DNA of 64,000 bases from Eledone cirrhosa (lineage: Eukaryota), in contig OZ024741.1 in the NCBI GenBank assembly GCA_964016885.1, forward strand, positions 267,592,001-267,656,000, read 5' to 3'. The stretch's first letter is position 1; every line of letters begins with the position of its first letter. The translations under genes and the position numbers were made by a program. Under the pieces are notes generated by a model. That model was not told where the DNA came from. It did not search any database and saw only the letters and a program-made list of their open reading frames with translations. This document shows, piece by piece, positions 24,000 through 36,909 of this stretch.

Positions 24000-26900
24000 A
24001 CTCCTTAACCACACTGCCATGTCTACACCTTAACAACACAGCCATGTCTACACCTTAACAACACAGCCATCTTTGCATCTAACTTAACCACATGGCTATA
24101 ATTGCATCTAACTTAACATTTCAGCTATGTCTGCACATAACTTAGACACACAGCTATGCCTGCACATAACTTAGACACACAGCCATGTCTGCACATAACT
24201 TAGCCACACAGCTTTGTCTGTACATAACTTAGACACACAGCCATGTCTGCACATAACTTAGACACACAGCTTTGTCTGCACATAACTTAGCCACACAGCT
24301 TTGTCTGCACATAACTTAGCCACACAGCCATGTCTGCACATAACTTAGACACACAGCCATGTCTGCACATAACTTAGACACACAGCCATGTCTGCACATA
24401 ACTTAGACACACAGCCATGTCTGCACATAACTTAGACACACAGCCATGTCTGCACATAACTTAGCCACACAACTTTGTCTGCACATAACTTAGACACACA
24501 GCCATGTCTGCACATAACTTGGACACACAGCTTTGTGTGCACATAACTTAGACACACAGCCATGTCTGCACATAACTTAGACACACAGCCATGTCTGCAC
24601 ATAACTTAGACACACAGCCATGTCTGCACATAACTTAGCCACACAGCCATGTCTGCACATAACTTAGCCACACAGCCATGTCTGCACATAACTTAGACAC
24701 ACAGCTTTGTGTGCACATAACTTAGACACACAGCCATGTCTGCACATAACTTAGACACACAGCCATGTCTGCACATAACTTAGACACACAGCCATGTCTG
24801 CACATAACTTAGACACACAGCCATGTCTGCACATAACTTAGACACACAACTATGTCTGCACTTAACTTAGACACACAGCCATGTCTGCACATAACTTAGA
24901 CACACAACTATGTCTGCACTTAACTTAGACACACAGCCATGTCTGCACATAACTTAGACACACAGCCATGTCTGCACATAACTTAGACACACAGCCATGT
25001 CTGCACATAACTTAGACACACAGCCATGTATGCACATATCTTAGCCACACAGCTTTGTCTGCACATAACTTAGCCACACAGCTTTGTCTGCACATAACTT
25101 AGACACACAGCCATGTCTGCACATAACTTAGACACACAACTATGTCTGCACATAACTTAGACACACAGCCATGTCTGCACATAACTTAGACACACAACTA
25201 TGTCTGCACTTAACTTAGACACACAGCCATGTCTGCACATAACTTAGACACACAGCTATGCCTGCACATAACTTAGCCACACAGCTTTGTCTGCACATAA
25301 CTTAGACACACAGCCATGTCTGCACATAACTTAGACACACAGCCATGTCTGCACATAACTTAGACACACAGCCATGTCTGCACTTAACTTAGACACACAG
25401 CCATGTCTGCACATAACTTAGCCACACAGCCATGTCTGCACATAGCTTAGACACACAGCCATGTCTGCACATAACTTAGCCACACAGCCATGTCTGCACA
25501 TAACTTAGCCACACAACTTTGTCTGCACATAACTTAGACACACAGCCATGTCTGCACATAACTTAGACACACAGCCATGTCTGCACATAACTTAGCCACA
25601 CAACTATGTCTGCACATAACTTAGACACACAGCCATGTCTGCACATAACTTAGACACACAACTATGTCTGCACTTAACTTAGACACACAGCCATGTCTGC
25701 ACATAACTTAGACACACAGCTATGCCTGCACATAACTTAGCCACACAGCTTTGTCTGCACATAACTTAGACACACAGCCATGTCTGCACATAACTTAGAC
25801 ACACAGCCATGTCTGCACATAACTTAGACACACAGCCATGTCTGCACTTAACTTAGCCACACAGCCATGTCTGCACATGACTTAGACACACAACTATGTC
25901 TGCACTTAACTTAGACACACAGCCATGTCTGCACATAACTTAGACACACAACTATGTCTGCACATAACTTAGACACACAGCCATGTCTGCACATAACTTA
26001 GACACACAGCCATGTCTGCACATAACTTAGACACACAGCCATGTCTGCACATAACTTAGACACACAGCCATGTCTGCACATAACTTAGACACACAGCCAT
26101 GTCTGCACATAACTTAGCCACACAACTTTGTCTGCACATAACTTAGACACACAGCCATGTCTGCACATAACTTAGCCACACAGCCATGTCTGCACATAAA
26201 TTAGACACACAGCTTTGTGTGCACATAACTTAGACACACAGCCATGTCTGCACTTAACTTAGACACACAGCCATGTCTGCACATAACTTAGACACACAGC
26301 CATGTCTGCACATAACTTAGACACACAGCTTTGTCTGCACATAACTTAGCCACACAGCTTTGTCTGCACATAACTTAGACACACAGCTTTGTCTGCACAT
26401 AACTTAGACACACAGCTTTGTCTGCACATAACTTAGACACACAGCCATGTCTGCACATAACTTAGACACACAGCCATGTCTGCACATAACTTAGACACAC
26501 AGCCATGTCTGCACATAACTTAGCCACACAACTTTGTCTGCAGATAACTTAGACACACAGCCATGTCTGCACATAACTTAGACACACAGCCATGTCTGCA
26601 CATAACTTAGACACACAGCCATGTCTGCACATAACTTAGCCACACAGCCATGTCTGCACATAACTTAGACACACAGCCATGTCTGCACATAACTTAGACA
26701 CACAACTATGTCTGCACATAACTTAGACACACAACTATGTCTGCACTTAACTTAGACACACAGCCATGTCTGCACATAACTTAGACACACAGCCATGTCT
26801 GCACATAACTTAGACACACAGCCATGTCTGCACATAACTTAGACACACAGCCATGTCTGCACATAACTTAGACACACAACTATGTCTGCACTTAACTTAG

Positions 26901-29900
26901 ACACACAGCCATGTCTGCACATAACTTAGCCACACAGCCATGTCTGCACATAACTTAGACATACGACTATGTCTGCACTTAACTTAGACACACAGCCATG
27001 TCTGCACATAACTTAGACACACAGCCATGTCTGCACATAACTTAGACACACAGCCATGTCTGCACATAACTTAGACACACAGCCATGTCTGCACATAACT
27101 TAGACACACAGCCATGTCTGCACATAACTTAGACACTCAGCCATGTCTGCACATAACTTAGACACACAGCCATGTCTGCACATAACTTAGACACACAGCC
27201 ATGTCTGCACATAACTTAGCCACACAGCCATGTCTGCACATAACTTAGACACACAGCCATGTCTGCACATAACTTAGACACACAGCCATGTCTGCACATA
27301 ACTTAGACACACAACTATGTCTGCACTTAACTTAGACACACAGCCATGTCTGCACATAACTTAGACACACAACTATGTCTGCACTTGACTTAGACACACA
27401 GCCATGTCTGCACATAACTTAGACACACAACTATGTCTGCACTTAACTTAGACACACAGCCATGTCTGCACATAACTTAGACACACAGCCATGTCTGCAC
27501 ATAACTTAGACACACAACTATGTCTGCACTTAACTTAGACACACAGCCATGTCTGCACATAACTTAGACACACAACTATGTCTGCACTTAACTTAGACAC
27601 ACAGCCATGTCTGCACATAACTTAGACACACAGCCATGTCTGCACATAACTTAGCCACACAGCCATGTCTGCACATAACTTAGACACACAGCTTTGTGTG
27701 CACATAACTTAGACACACAGCCATGTCTGCACATAACTTAGACACACAGCCATGTCTGCACATAACTTAGACACACAGCCATGTCTGCACATAACTTAGA
27801 CACACAGCCATGTCTGCACATAACTTAGATACACAGCCATGTCTGCACATAACTTAGACACACAACTATGTCTGCACTTAACTTAGACACACAGCCATGT
27901 CTGCACATAACTTAGCCACACAGCCATGTCTGCACATAACTTAGACACACAGCCATGTCTGCACATAACTTAGCCACACAACTATGTCTGCACATAACTT
28001 AGACACACAGCCATGTCTGCACATAACTTAGACACACAGCCATGTCTGCACATAACTTAGACACACAGCTATGCCTGCACATAACTTAGCCACACAGCTT
28101 TGTCTGCACATAACTTAGACACACAGCCATGTCTGCACATAACTTAGACACACAGCCATGTCTGCACATAACTTAGACACACAGCCATGTCTGCACTTAA
28201 CTTAGACACACAGCCATGTCTGCACATAACTTAGCCACACAGCCATGTCTGCACATAACTTCGCCACACAGCCATATCTGCACATAACTTAGCCACACAA
28301 CTTTGTCTGCACATAACTTAGACACACAGCCATGTCTGCACATAACTTAGCCACACAGCCATGTTTGCACATAACTTAGACACACAGCTTTGTGTGCACA
28401 TAACTTAGACACACAGTCATGTCTGCACATAACTTAGACACACAGCCATGTCTGCACATAACTTAGACACACAGCCATGTCTGCACATAACTTAGCCACA
28501 CAGTCATGTCTGCACATAACTTAGACACACAGCCATGTCTGCACATAACTTAGACATACAGCCATGTCTGCACATAACTTAGACACACAGCCATGTCTGC
28601 ACATAACTTAGACACACAGCCATGTCTGCACATAACTTAGACACACAGCCATGTCTGCACATAACTTAGCCACACAGCCATGTCTGCACATAACTTAGAC
28701 ACACAGCCATGTCTGCACATAACTTAGACACACAGCCATGTCTGAACATAACTTAGACACACAGCCATGTCTGCACATAACTTAGACACACAGCCATGTC
28801 TGCACATAACTTAGACACACAGCTTTGTCTGTACATAACTCAGACACACAGCCATGTCTGCACATAACTTAGACACACAGCCATGTCTGCACATAACTTA
28901 GACACACAGCCATGTCTGCACATAACTTAGACACACAGCCATGTATGCACATATCTTAGCCACACAGCTTTGTCTGCACATAACTTAGCCACACAGCTTT
29001 GTCTGCACATAACTTAGACACACAGCCATGTCTGCACATAACTTAGACACACAGCTTTGTTTGTACATAACTCAGACACACAGCCATGTCTGCACATAAC
29101 TTAGACACACAGCCATGTCTGCACATAACTTAGACACACAGCTTTGTCTGCACATAACTTAGCCACACAGCCATGTCTGCACATAACTTAGACACACAGC
29201 TATGTCTGCACATAACTTAGACACACAGCCATGTCTGCACATAACTTAGACACACAGCCATGTCTGCACATAACTTAGCCACACAGCCATGTCTGCACAT
29301 AACTTAGCCACACAGCCATGTCTGCACATAACTTAGACACACAGCCATGTCTGCACATAACTTAGACACACAGCCATGTCTGCACATAACTTAGACACAC
29401 AGCCATGTCTGCACATAACTTAGACACACAGCTTTGTCTGCACATAACTTAGACACACAGCCATGTCTGCACATAACTTAGCCACACAGCCATGTCTGCA
29501 CATAACTTAGCCACACAGCCATGTCTGCACATAACTTAGACACACAGCCATGTCTGCACATAACTTAGACACACAGCCATGTCTGCACATAACTTAGACA
29601 CACAGCCATGTCTGCACATAACTTAGACACACAGCCATGTCTGCACATAACTTAGACACACAGCTATGTCTGCACATAACTGAGACACACAGCCATGTCT
29701 GCACATAACTTAGACACACAGCCATGTCTGCACATAACTTAGACACACAGCTATGCCTGCACATAACTTAGACACACAGCCATGTCTGCACATAACTTAG
29801 ACACACAGCCATGTCTGCACATAACTTAGACACACAGCCATGTCTGCACATAACTTAGACACACAGCCATGTCTGCACATAACTTAGACACACAGCCATG

Positions 29901-32900
29901 TCTGCACATAACTTAGACACACAGCCATGTCTGCACATAACTTAGACACACAGCCATGTCTGCACATAACTTAGACACACAGCTATGTCTGCACATAACT
30001 GAGACACACAGCCATGTCTGCACATAACTTAGACACACAGCCATGTCTGCACATAACTTAGACACACAGCCATGTCTGCACATAACTTAGACACACAGCC
30101 ATGTCTGCACATAACTTAGACACACAGCCATGTCTGCACATAACTTAGACACACAGCTATGTCTGCACATAACTGAGACACACAGCCATGTCTGCACATA
30201 ACTTAGACACACAGCCATGTCTGCACATAACTTAGACAGACAGCTATGCCTGCACATAACTTAGACACACAGCCATGTTTGCACATAACTTAGACACATA
30301 GCCATGTCTGCACATAACTTACAACACACAGCCATGTCTGCACATAACTTAGACACACAGCCATGTCTGCACATAACTTAGACACACAGCCATGTCTGCA
30401 CATAACTTAGACACACAGCTTTGTCTGCACATAACTTAGACACACAGCTTTGTCTGCACATAACTTAGACACACAGCCATGTCTGCACATAACTTAGACA
30501 CACAGCCATGTCTGCACATAACTTAGCCACACAGCCATGTCTGCACATAACTTAGACACACAGCCATGTCTGCACATAACTTAGCCACACAGCTTTGTCT
30601 GTACATAACTTAGACACACAGCCATGTCTGCACATAACGACACACAGCCATGTCTGCACGTAACTTAGACACACAGCTTTGTCTGCACATAACTTAGCCA
30701 CACAGCCATGTCTGCACATAACTTAGACACACAGCCATGTCTGCACATAACTTAGCCACACAGCCATGTCTGCACATAACTTAGACACACAGCCATGTCT
30801 GCACATAACTTAGACACACAGCCATGTCTGAACATAACTTAGACACACAGCCATGTCTGCACATAACTTAGACACACAGCCATGTCTGCACATAACTTAG
30901 ACACACAGCTTTGTCTGTACATAACTCAGACACAAAGCCATGTCTGCACATAACTTAGACACACAGCCATGTCTGCACATAACTTAGACACACAGCCATG
31001 TCTGCACATAACTTAGACACACAGCCATGTCTGCACATAACTTAGACACACAGCCATGTATGCACATATCTTAGCCACACAGCTTTGTCTGCACATAACT
31101 TAGCCACACAGCTTTGTCTGCACATAACTTAGACACACAGCCATGTCTGCACATAACTTAGACACACAGCTTTGTCTGTACATAACTCAGACACACAGCC
31201 ACGTCTGCACATAACTTAGACACACAGCCATGTCTGCACATAACTTAGACACACAGCCATGTCTGCACATAACTTAGACACACAGCCATGTCTGCACATA
31301 ACTTAGACACACAGCCATGTATGCACATATCTTAGCCACACAGCTTTGTCTGCACATAACTTAGCCACACAGCTTTGTCTGCACATAACTTAGACACACA
31401 GCCATGTCTGCACATAACTTAGACACACAGCTTTGTCTGTACATAACTCAGACACACAGCCATGTCTGCACATAACTTAGACACACAGCCATGTCTGCAC
31501 ATAACTTAGACATACAGCCATGTCTGCACATAACTTAGACACACAGCCATGTCTGCACATAACTTAGACACACAGCCATGTCTGCACATAACTTAGACAC
31601 ACAGCCATGTCTGCACATAACTTAGACACACAGCTTTGTCTGCACATAACTTAGCCACACAGCCATGTCTGCACATAACTTAGACACACAGCTATGTCTG
31701 CACATAACTTAGACACACAGCCATGTCTGCACATAACTTAGACACACAGCCATGTCTGCACATAACTTAGCCACACAGCCATGTCTGCACATAACTTAGC
31801 CACACAGCCATGTCTGCACATAACTTAGACACACAGCCATGTCTGCACATAACTTAGACACACAGCCATGTCTGCACATAACTTAGACACACAGCCATGT
31901 CTGCACATAACTTAGACACACAGCTTTGTCTGCACATAACTTAGACACACAGCCATGTCTGCACATAACTTAGCCACACAGCCATGTCTGCACATAACTT
32001 AGACACACAGCCATGTCTGCACATAACTTAGACACACAGCCATGTCTGCACATAACTTAGACACACAGCCATGTCTGCACATAACTTAGACACACAGCTA
32101 TGTCTGCACATAACTGAGACACACAGCCATGTCTGCACATAACTTAGACACACAGCCATGTCTGCACATAACTTAGACACACAGCTATGCCTGCACATAA
32201 CTTAGACACACAGCCATGTCTGCACATAACTTAGACACACAGCCATGTCTGCACATAACTTAGACACACAGCCATGTCTGCACATAACTTAGACACACAG
32301 CCATGTCTGCACATAACTTAGACACACAGCCATGTCTGCACATAACTTAGACACACAGCCATGTCTGCACATAACTTAGACACACAGCCATGTCTGCACA
32401 TAACTTAGACACACAGCTATGTCTGCACATAACTTAGACACACAGCCATGTCTGCACATAACTTAGACACACAGCCATGTCTGCACATAACTTAGCCACA
32501 CAGCCATGTCTGCACATAACTTAGCCACACAGCCATGTCTGCACATAACTTAGACACACAGCCATGTCTGCACATAACTTAGACACACAGCCATGTCTGC
32601 ACATAACTTAGACACACAGCCATGTCTGCACATAACTTAGACACACAGCTTTGTCTGCACATAACTTAGACACACAGCCATGTCTGCACATAACTTAGCC
32701 ACGCAGCCATGTCTGCACATAACTTAGCCACACAGCCATGTCTGCACATAACTTAGACACACAGCCATGTCTGCACATAACTTAGACACACAGCCATGTC
32801 TGCACATAACTTAGACACACAGCCATGTCTGCACATAACTTAGACACACAGCCATATCTGCACATAACTTAGACACACAGCTATGTCTGCACATAACTTA

Positions 32901-33270
32901 GCCACACAACTATGTCTGCACATAACTTAGACACACAGCCATGTCTGCACATAACTTAGACACACAGCCATGTCTGCACATAACTTAGACACACAACTAT
33001 GTCTGCACATAACTTAGACACACAGCCATGTCTGCACATAACTTAGACACACAGCCATGTCTGCACATAACTTAGACACACAACTATGTCTGCACATAAC
33101 TTAGACACACAGCCATATCTGCACATAACTTAGACACACAGCCATGTCTGCACATAACTTAGACACACAGCCATGTCTGCACATAACTTAGACACACAGC
33201 CATGTCTGCACATAACTTAGACACACAGCCATGTCTGCACATAACTTAGACACACAGCTTTGTTTGCACC
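24000..33270. repeat. 29-bp satellite, ~315 units (CACACAGCCATGTCTGCACATAACTTAGA)
   Basis: Directly visible period; degenerate units at 24000-24130. Confidence 0.99.
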
Positions 33271-33330
33271 TCTGTAGGATGAAGCATGTAGAAATATCAG
33301 TAACTTTGTCAGTTTTCAGTAAGATATTAC

Positions 33331-33417
33331 CTCCATTGGTCGAAATTCAATTTTCCATCCAGAATCTTCTGTGGGTAGTTTCAGTTTTATACTGTGCCAG
33401 TTGCTTCCAATGATAGT
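33331..33417 (-). CDS. GCLC: GCLC-like exon: TIIGSNWHSIKLKLPTEDSGWKIEFRPME
   Basis: Manual translation; matches [31 protein letters not shown]; cag/gtaata boundaries. Confidence 0.93.
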
Positions 33418-33612
33418 CTGAAGCAGAAGGGGAAGTAATGTTACTTATTGATATAGAACAAGATATAACAGTTATATAAAGCAGGACTTCACAAAGTAGT
33501 AGATATCGCTCTCTATGTGTTGATGGGACTACACAGGAGTGTCAATCGAACTTATGGGCCAAAACCAGACATTTGTGTTTAATTTTATTATGTTCTTCCT
33601 CTTTTCAAGAGT

Positions 33613-33720
<108 letters not shown>

Positions 33721-34771
33721 TAGTACAGCATCATCGAAGCTCTGGTTGCAGCCAAGCTAACGAATGCAATCTCGGTCTGCAGCTAAGCACTCAATAGGGT
33801 ATATAACCCTAGAGTTATAGCATTACATTTAGACAGCTTTGCAAATTGAAGACAGCGATCGATAGACGGGCCGCAGTGACCATAGCGATGAAAAAAACTG
33901 AACTCAGGATAAAATTTTTTACTAACCTGGACCATCACGTCGAATATACCATGTAATATACATCACATATAATATATAATATCTCCGCTAGGTTTCTGTA
34001 AATCCGAAATCGACAAAATCCACTTGCAGGGGTCTGCAAGTTAATGGTTTTTTGGAAGATAGAACAATGGAGTTTACTTCGTCAACAAGTTTTTCGTTCT
34101 CGTCCGCCCGGGTGTGAATGCTAGCAGTAAGCACTGTTAGAAGGCACATGGTTTTCCCGAAGGGAGGTAACCCCCTGTTTTGTATATATATATTTATATA
34201 TATATATATAATGTTGAACAATGAAAAATAAGACAAGATGTTGTAGTTAATTAATTCATTGTTTTGCAATTGTTTCAGAAGACAAAAATTGCTAAGTCCG
34301 ATGCCCTCAACCAGTACTCTTTTTATCTATTTAATAAAATTCCCAAACCATTGTTTCTGCATATAGACAGCAGAATGGATGTGCTTTTTCAAAGCTTATA
34401 GTTTGGGAGGCACATGCTCTTCGGCATTTCTTGTTGCCTCTCATCCTCCTATGCTATGTAACCTGGTAAGAGGCCAGCTAAACCTGAATATGTGTGAGCT
34501 GTAACAACAACATGATAGAACTGGGACTACTACCATTAAAACATCCAAGAAACCTCCTATGAGATACAACATTGTAGGAGACCAGCTAAATCTACGTATG
34601 TGACAGCTGTAACAACACCATGATATAACAAGGGTCCCTATCATTAAAATACCACAGAAATCTCTTAAATGATAAAATCTCGTCAATATATATTTCTTAC
34701 CTGAATATGTCGCTTATCTGAGTCAATATACATTTTTTATCTGTATACATACCTGAGTCAAAATATATTAC

Positions 34772-34881
34772 CTCAATATGATCAGTATCTGTAACGTCTT
34801 GGTCAATTTTCTCTTTGTATAAAGTACATGGATCCCTGACAAGAAGTTGGGCAACAAATTTGGCCATCATTTCATCCACTC
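34772..34881 (-). CDS. GCLC: GCLC-like exon: GVDEMMAKFVAQLLVRDPCTLYKEKIDQDVTDTDHIE
   Basis: ORF 34697..34879; matches [26 protein letters not shown]...DHFE; tag/gtaata boundaries. Confidence 0.93.
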
Positions 34882-35769
34882 CTAATATAATAAAAAAATA
34901 TTTTAATCTATTATTTGTTCATTTATTAATTTTGCTGGTTTCAATCATTATTAGACTCTCCTTTGTTCTGTCCTACACCATTTTGTTTGGCGTTGGTTGG
35001 CACCACTATGCGAAGAGGCCTGTTGGAACCCAGTACTGGATGGCACCGACATGAGGAGCCTAAGCCATCTCACAGCGTAGCCATAGCTTTGTGTCTCTCT
35101 ATCAGATGGCACCACCATAAAGAGAAACAGCTGGGCCATGCTGAATCCACCACACAGCGTACCTATAGTCAAGGGGCACAATACTATGAGGAAGGATAGG
35201 TGTGGGACTGCAGTATGGGAGCCTAGTCCACAGCAGGAACATAATTTTTTCTTTTTTTTGAGCCCAGTATTGGATGACGCCACAAAGGGAAGGGACAGGT
35301 CGATTTGGCCGAACATTTCACACTTTTTTAGGGGGAGGGACTGGCGTAAGATGGCACAACTATGTGAAGAGGCCAGTTAGAGCCCAATACTGGATGGCAC
35401 TGATGGAGCCCGGCACTGGAGGACACCACTAAGGGAAAGGACAGGCACATCTTTGGAGGACCATGAGTTCCCACATTTAGCTGCTATTTCTAGCACACCT
35501 ACTGACCACTATGAGGTGGTCAGTGGGTTTGTTTAACTAATGTAGCTGCTAAGTCTAGTACACCTATGGACAATCATAAGGTTGCCCTTATTTAGCTGCT
35601 ATTTCTAGCAAAACTATCGACCACCACGAGGTTCCACCTGTTTAGGTGATGTAGCTGCTATTTCTAGCTCACCTATGGACAACCAAGAGGTTCCACTTAT
35701 TTAGCTGATGTAGCTGCTATTTCTAGCACACCTACGGACCACCATGAGGTCCACCAAATTTATATAGTA

Positions 35770-36909
35770 CTAGCAGTAAAGCCCGGCGTTGCTCGGGGTC
35801 GCTCAATAGCTGTGTTAAAGTTACAATGTTAAGTTTCTTTCTTGGCTTAAAAACTGTAGTGTCTACTGTGCAGACTTGCATGTGGTGTTTTTGATTAATA
35901 TTCCCTCAACCAACAATATGCCTTATGAAGTTAAGAAAACATAACGATAACCCGAATGTTATAACAAAAGAGGATGCTGGGGATAAAAACTGCACTGGTT
36001 ATTTATTAACAAAGATCGAAAATGTAAACACTGCAACGCAGAGAAAAACATTAGCGTAACCAAATTATCAGTTATGTCTGTCTGCACGCCTATATCACCT
36101 CTCTGCACGACTGTCTGTCTGCACGCCTATATCACCTCTCTGCACGACTATCTGTCTGCACGCCTATATCACCTCTCTGCACGACTATCTGTCTGCACGC
36201 GTATATCACCTCTCTGCACGACTGTCTGTCTGCACGACTGTCTGTCTGCACGCCTAACGACGAAATATTTGCTTGTTTTACGTAGTCTTTAAATAGACTT
36301 GTTTCCAAGTAAAAATATTGTTTAAAAATGCTTTTAAATGGAAATGAAGCAAAACGGAAGCTTAGTGTTCGAACTGATGAATTTTGCAGGTCAATATTTT
36401 GCTGGCTCGACAACTGTTCGTGTATTGTGTTAATGTCATTTTAAACGCTGAGAAAGCCAGCGTAAATTTTTACGTAAGACGCTCAATGTAAACAGAACAA
36501 AGGGAAATAACTGATAACTTACGCTCAAAAATCGATACATTATATTCGGTGGATTGGCAGTATCGGTAAGGGTCGGACGCCATGCTTTGAAGCATAGAGT
36601 TACCTCCCTTTATGATCTGAGTTCAAATCCCGCCGAGGTTAACTTTGCCTTTCATCCTTACGGGGTCGATAAAATAAAGTACCAGTAATGCACTGGAATA
36701 ATTGCTGGCCTTGTGCCAAAAGTAGAAACAATTATATTCGATTTCGTCACATAGGGTGGGTCAATTTGAAATATTTTTTTTCCGATGTCTTCGCTAGGGC
36801 TCAATGTACAAGTATAGCAATTTCGGTGCAATTCCGTGAGAGATTCTAAGAGGAGATGTGTGCCAAAAATCGATAGACAGACAGACAACCACAGTTTTAT
36901 ATATAGAGA
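35770..36909 (-). mobile_element. Non-autonomous Helitron carrying an internal minisatellite and a nested SINE
   Basis: Minus strand: A|TCTCTATATATAAAA...(TGTC)n at the 5' end; hairpin CCCGAGCAACGCCGGG then CTAG|T at the 3' end; no TSD; minisatellite at 36075-36255; SINE at 36548-36733. Confidence 0.8.

Noticed and set aside
24000-33270. 29-bp repeat array as a CRISPR array (also considered for the 38- and 49-bp arrays)
   Set aside because: Units are directly head-to-tail with no unique spacers, there are no cas genes, and the context is a eukaryotic intron
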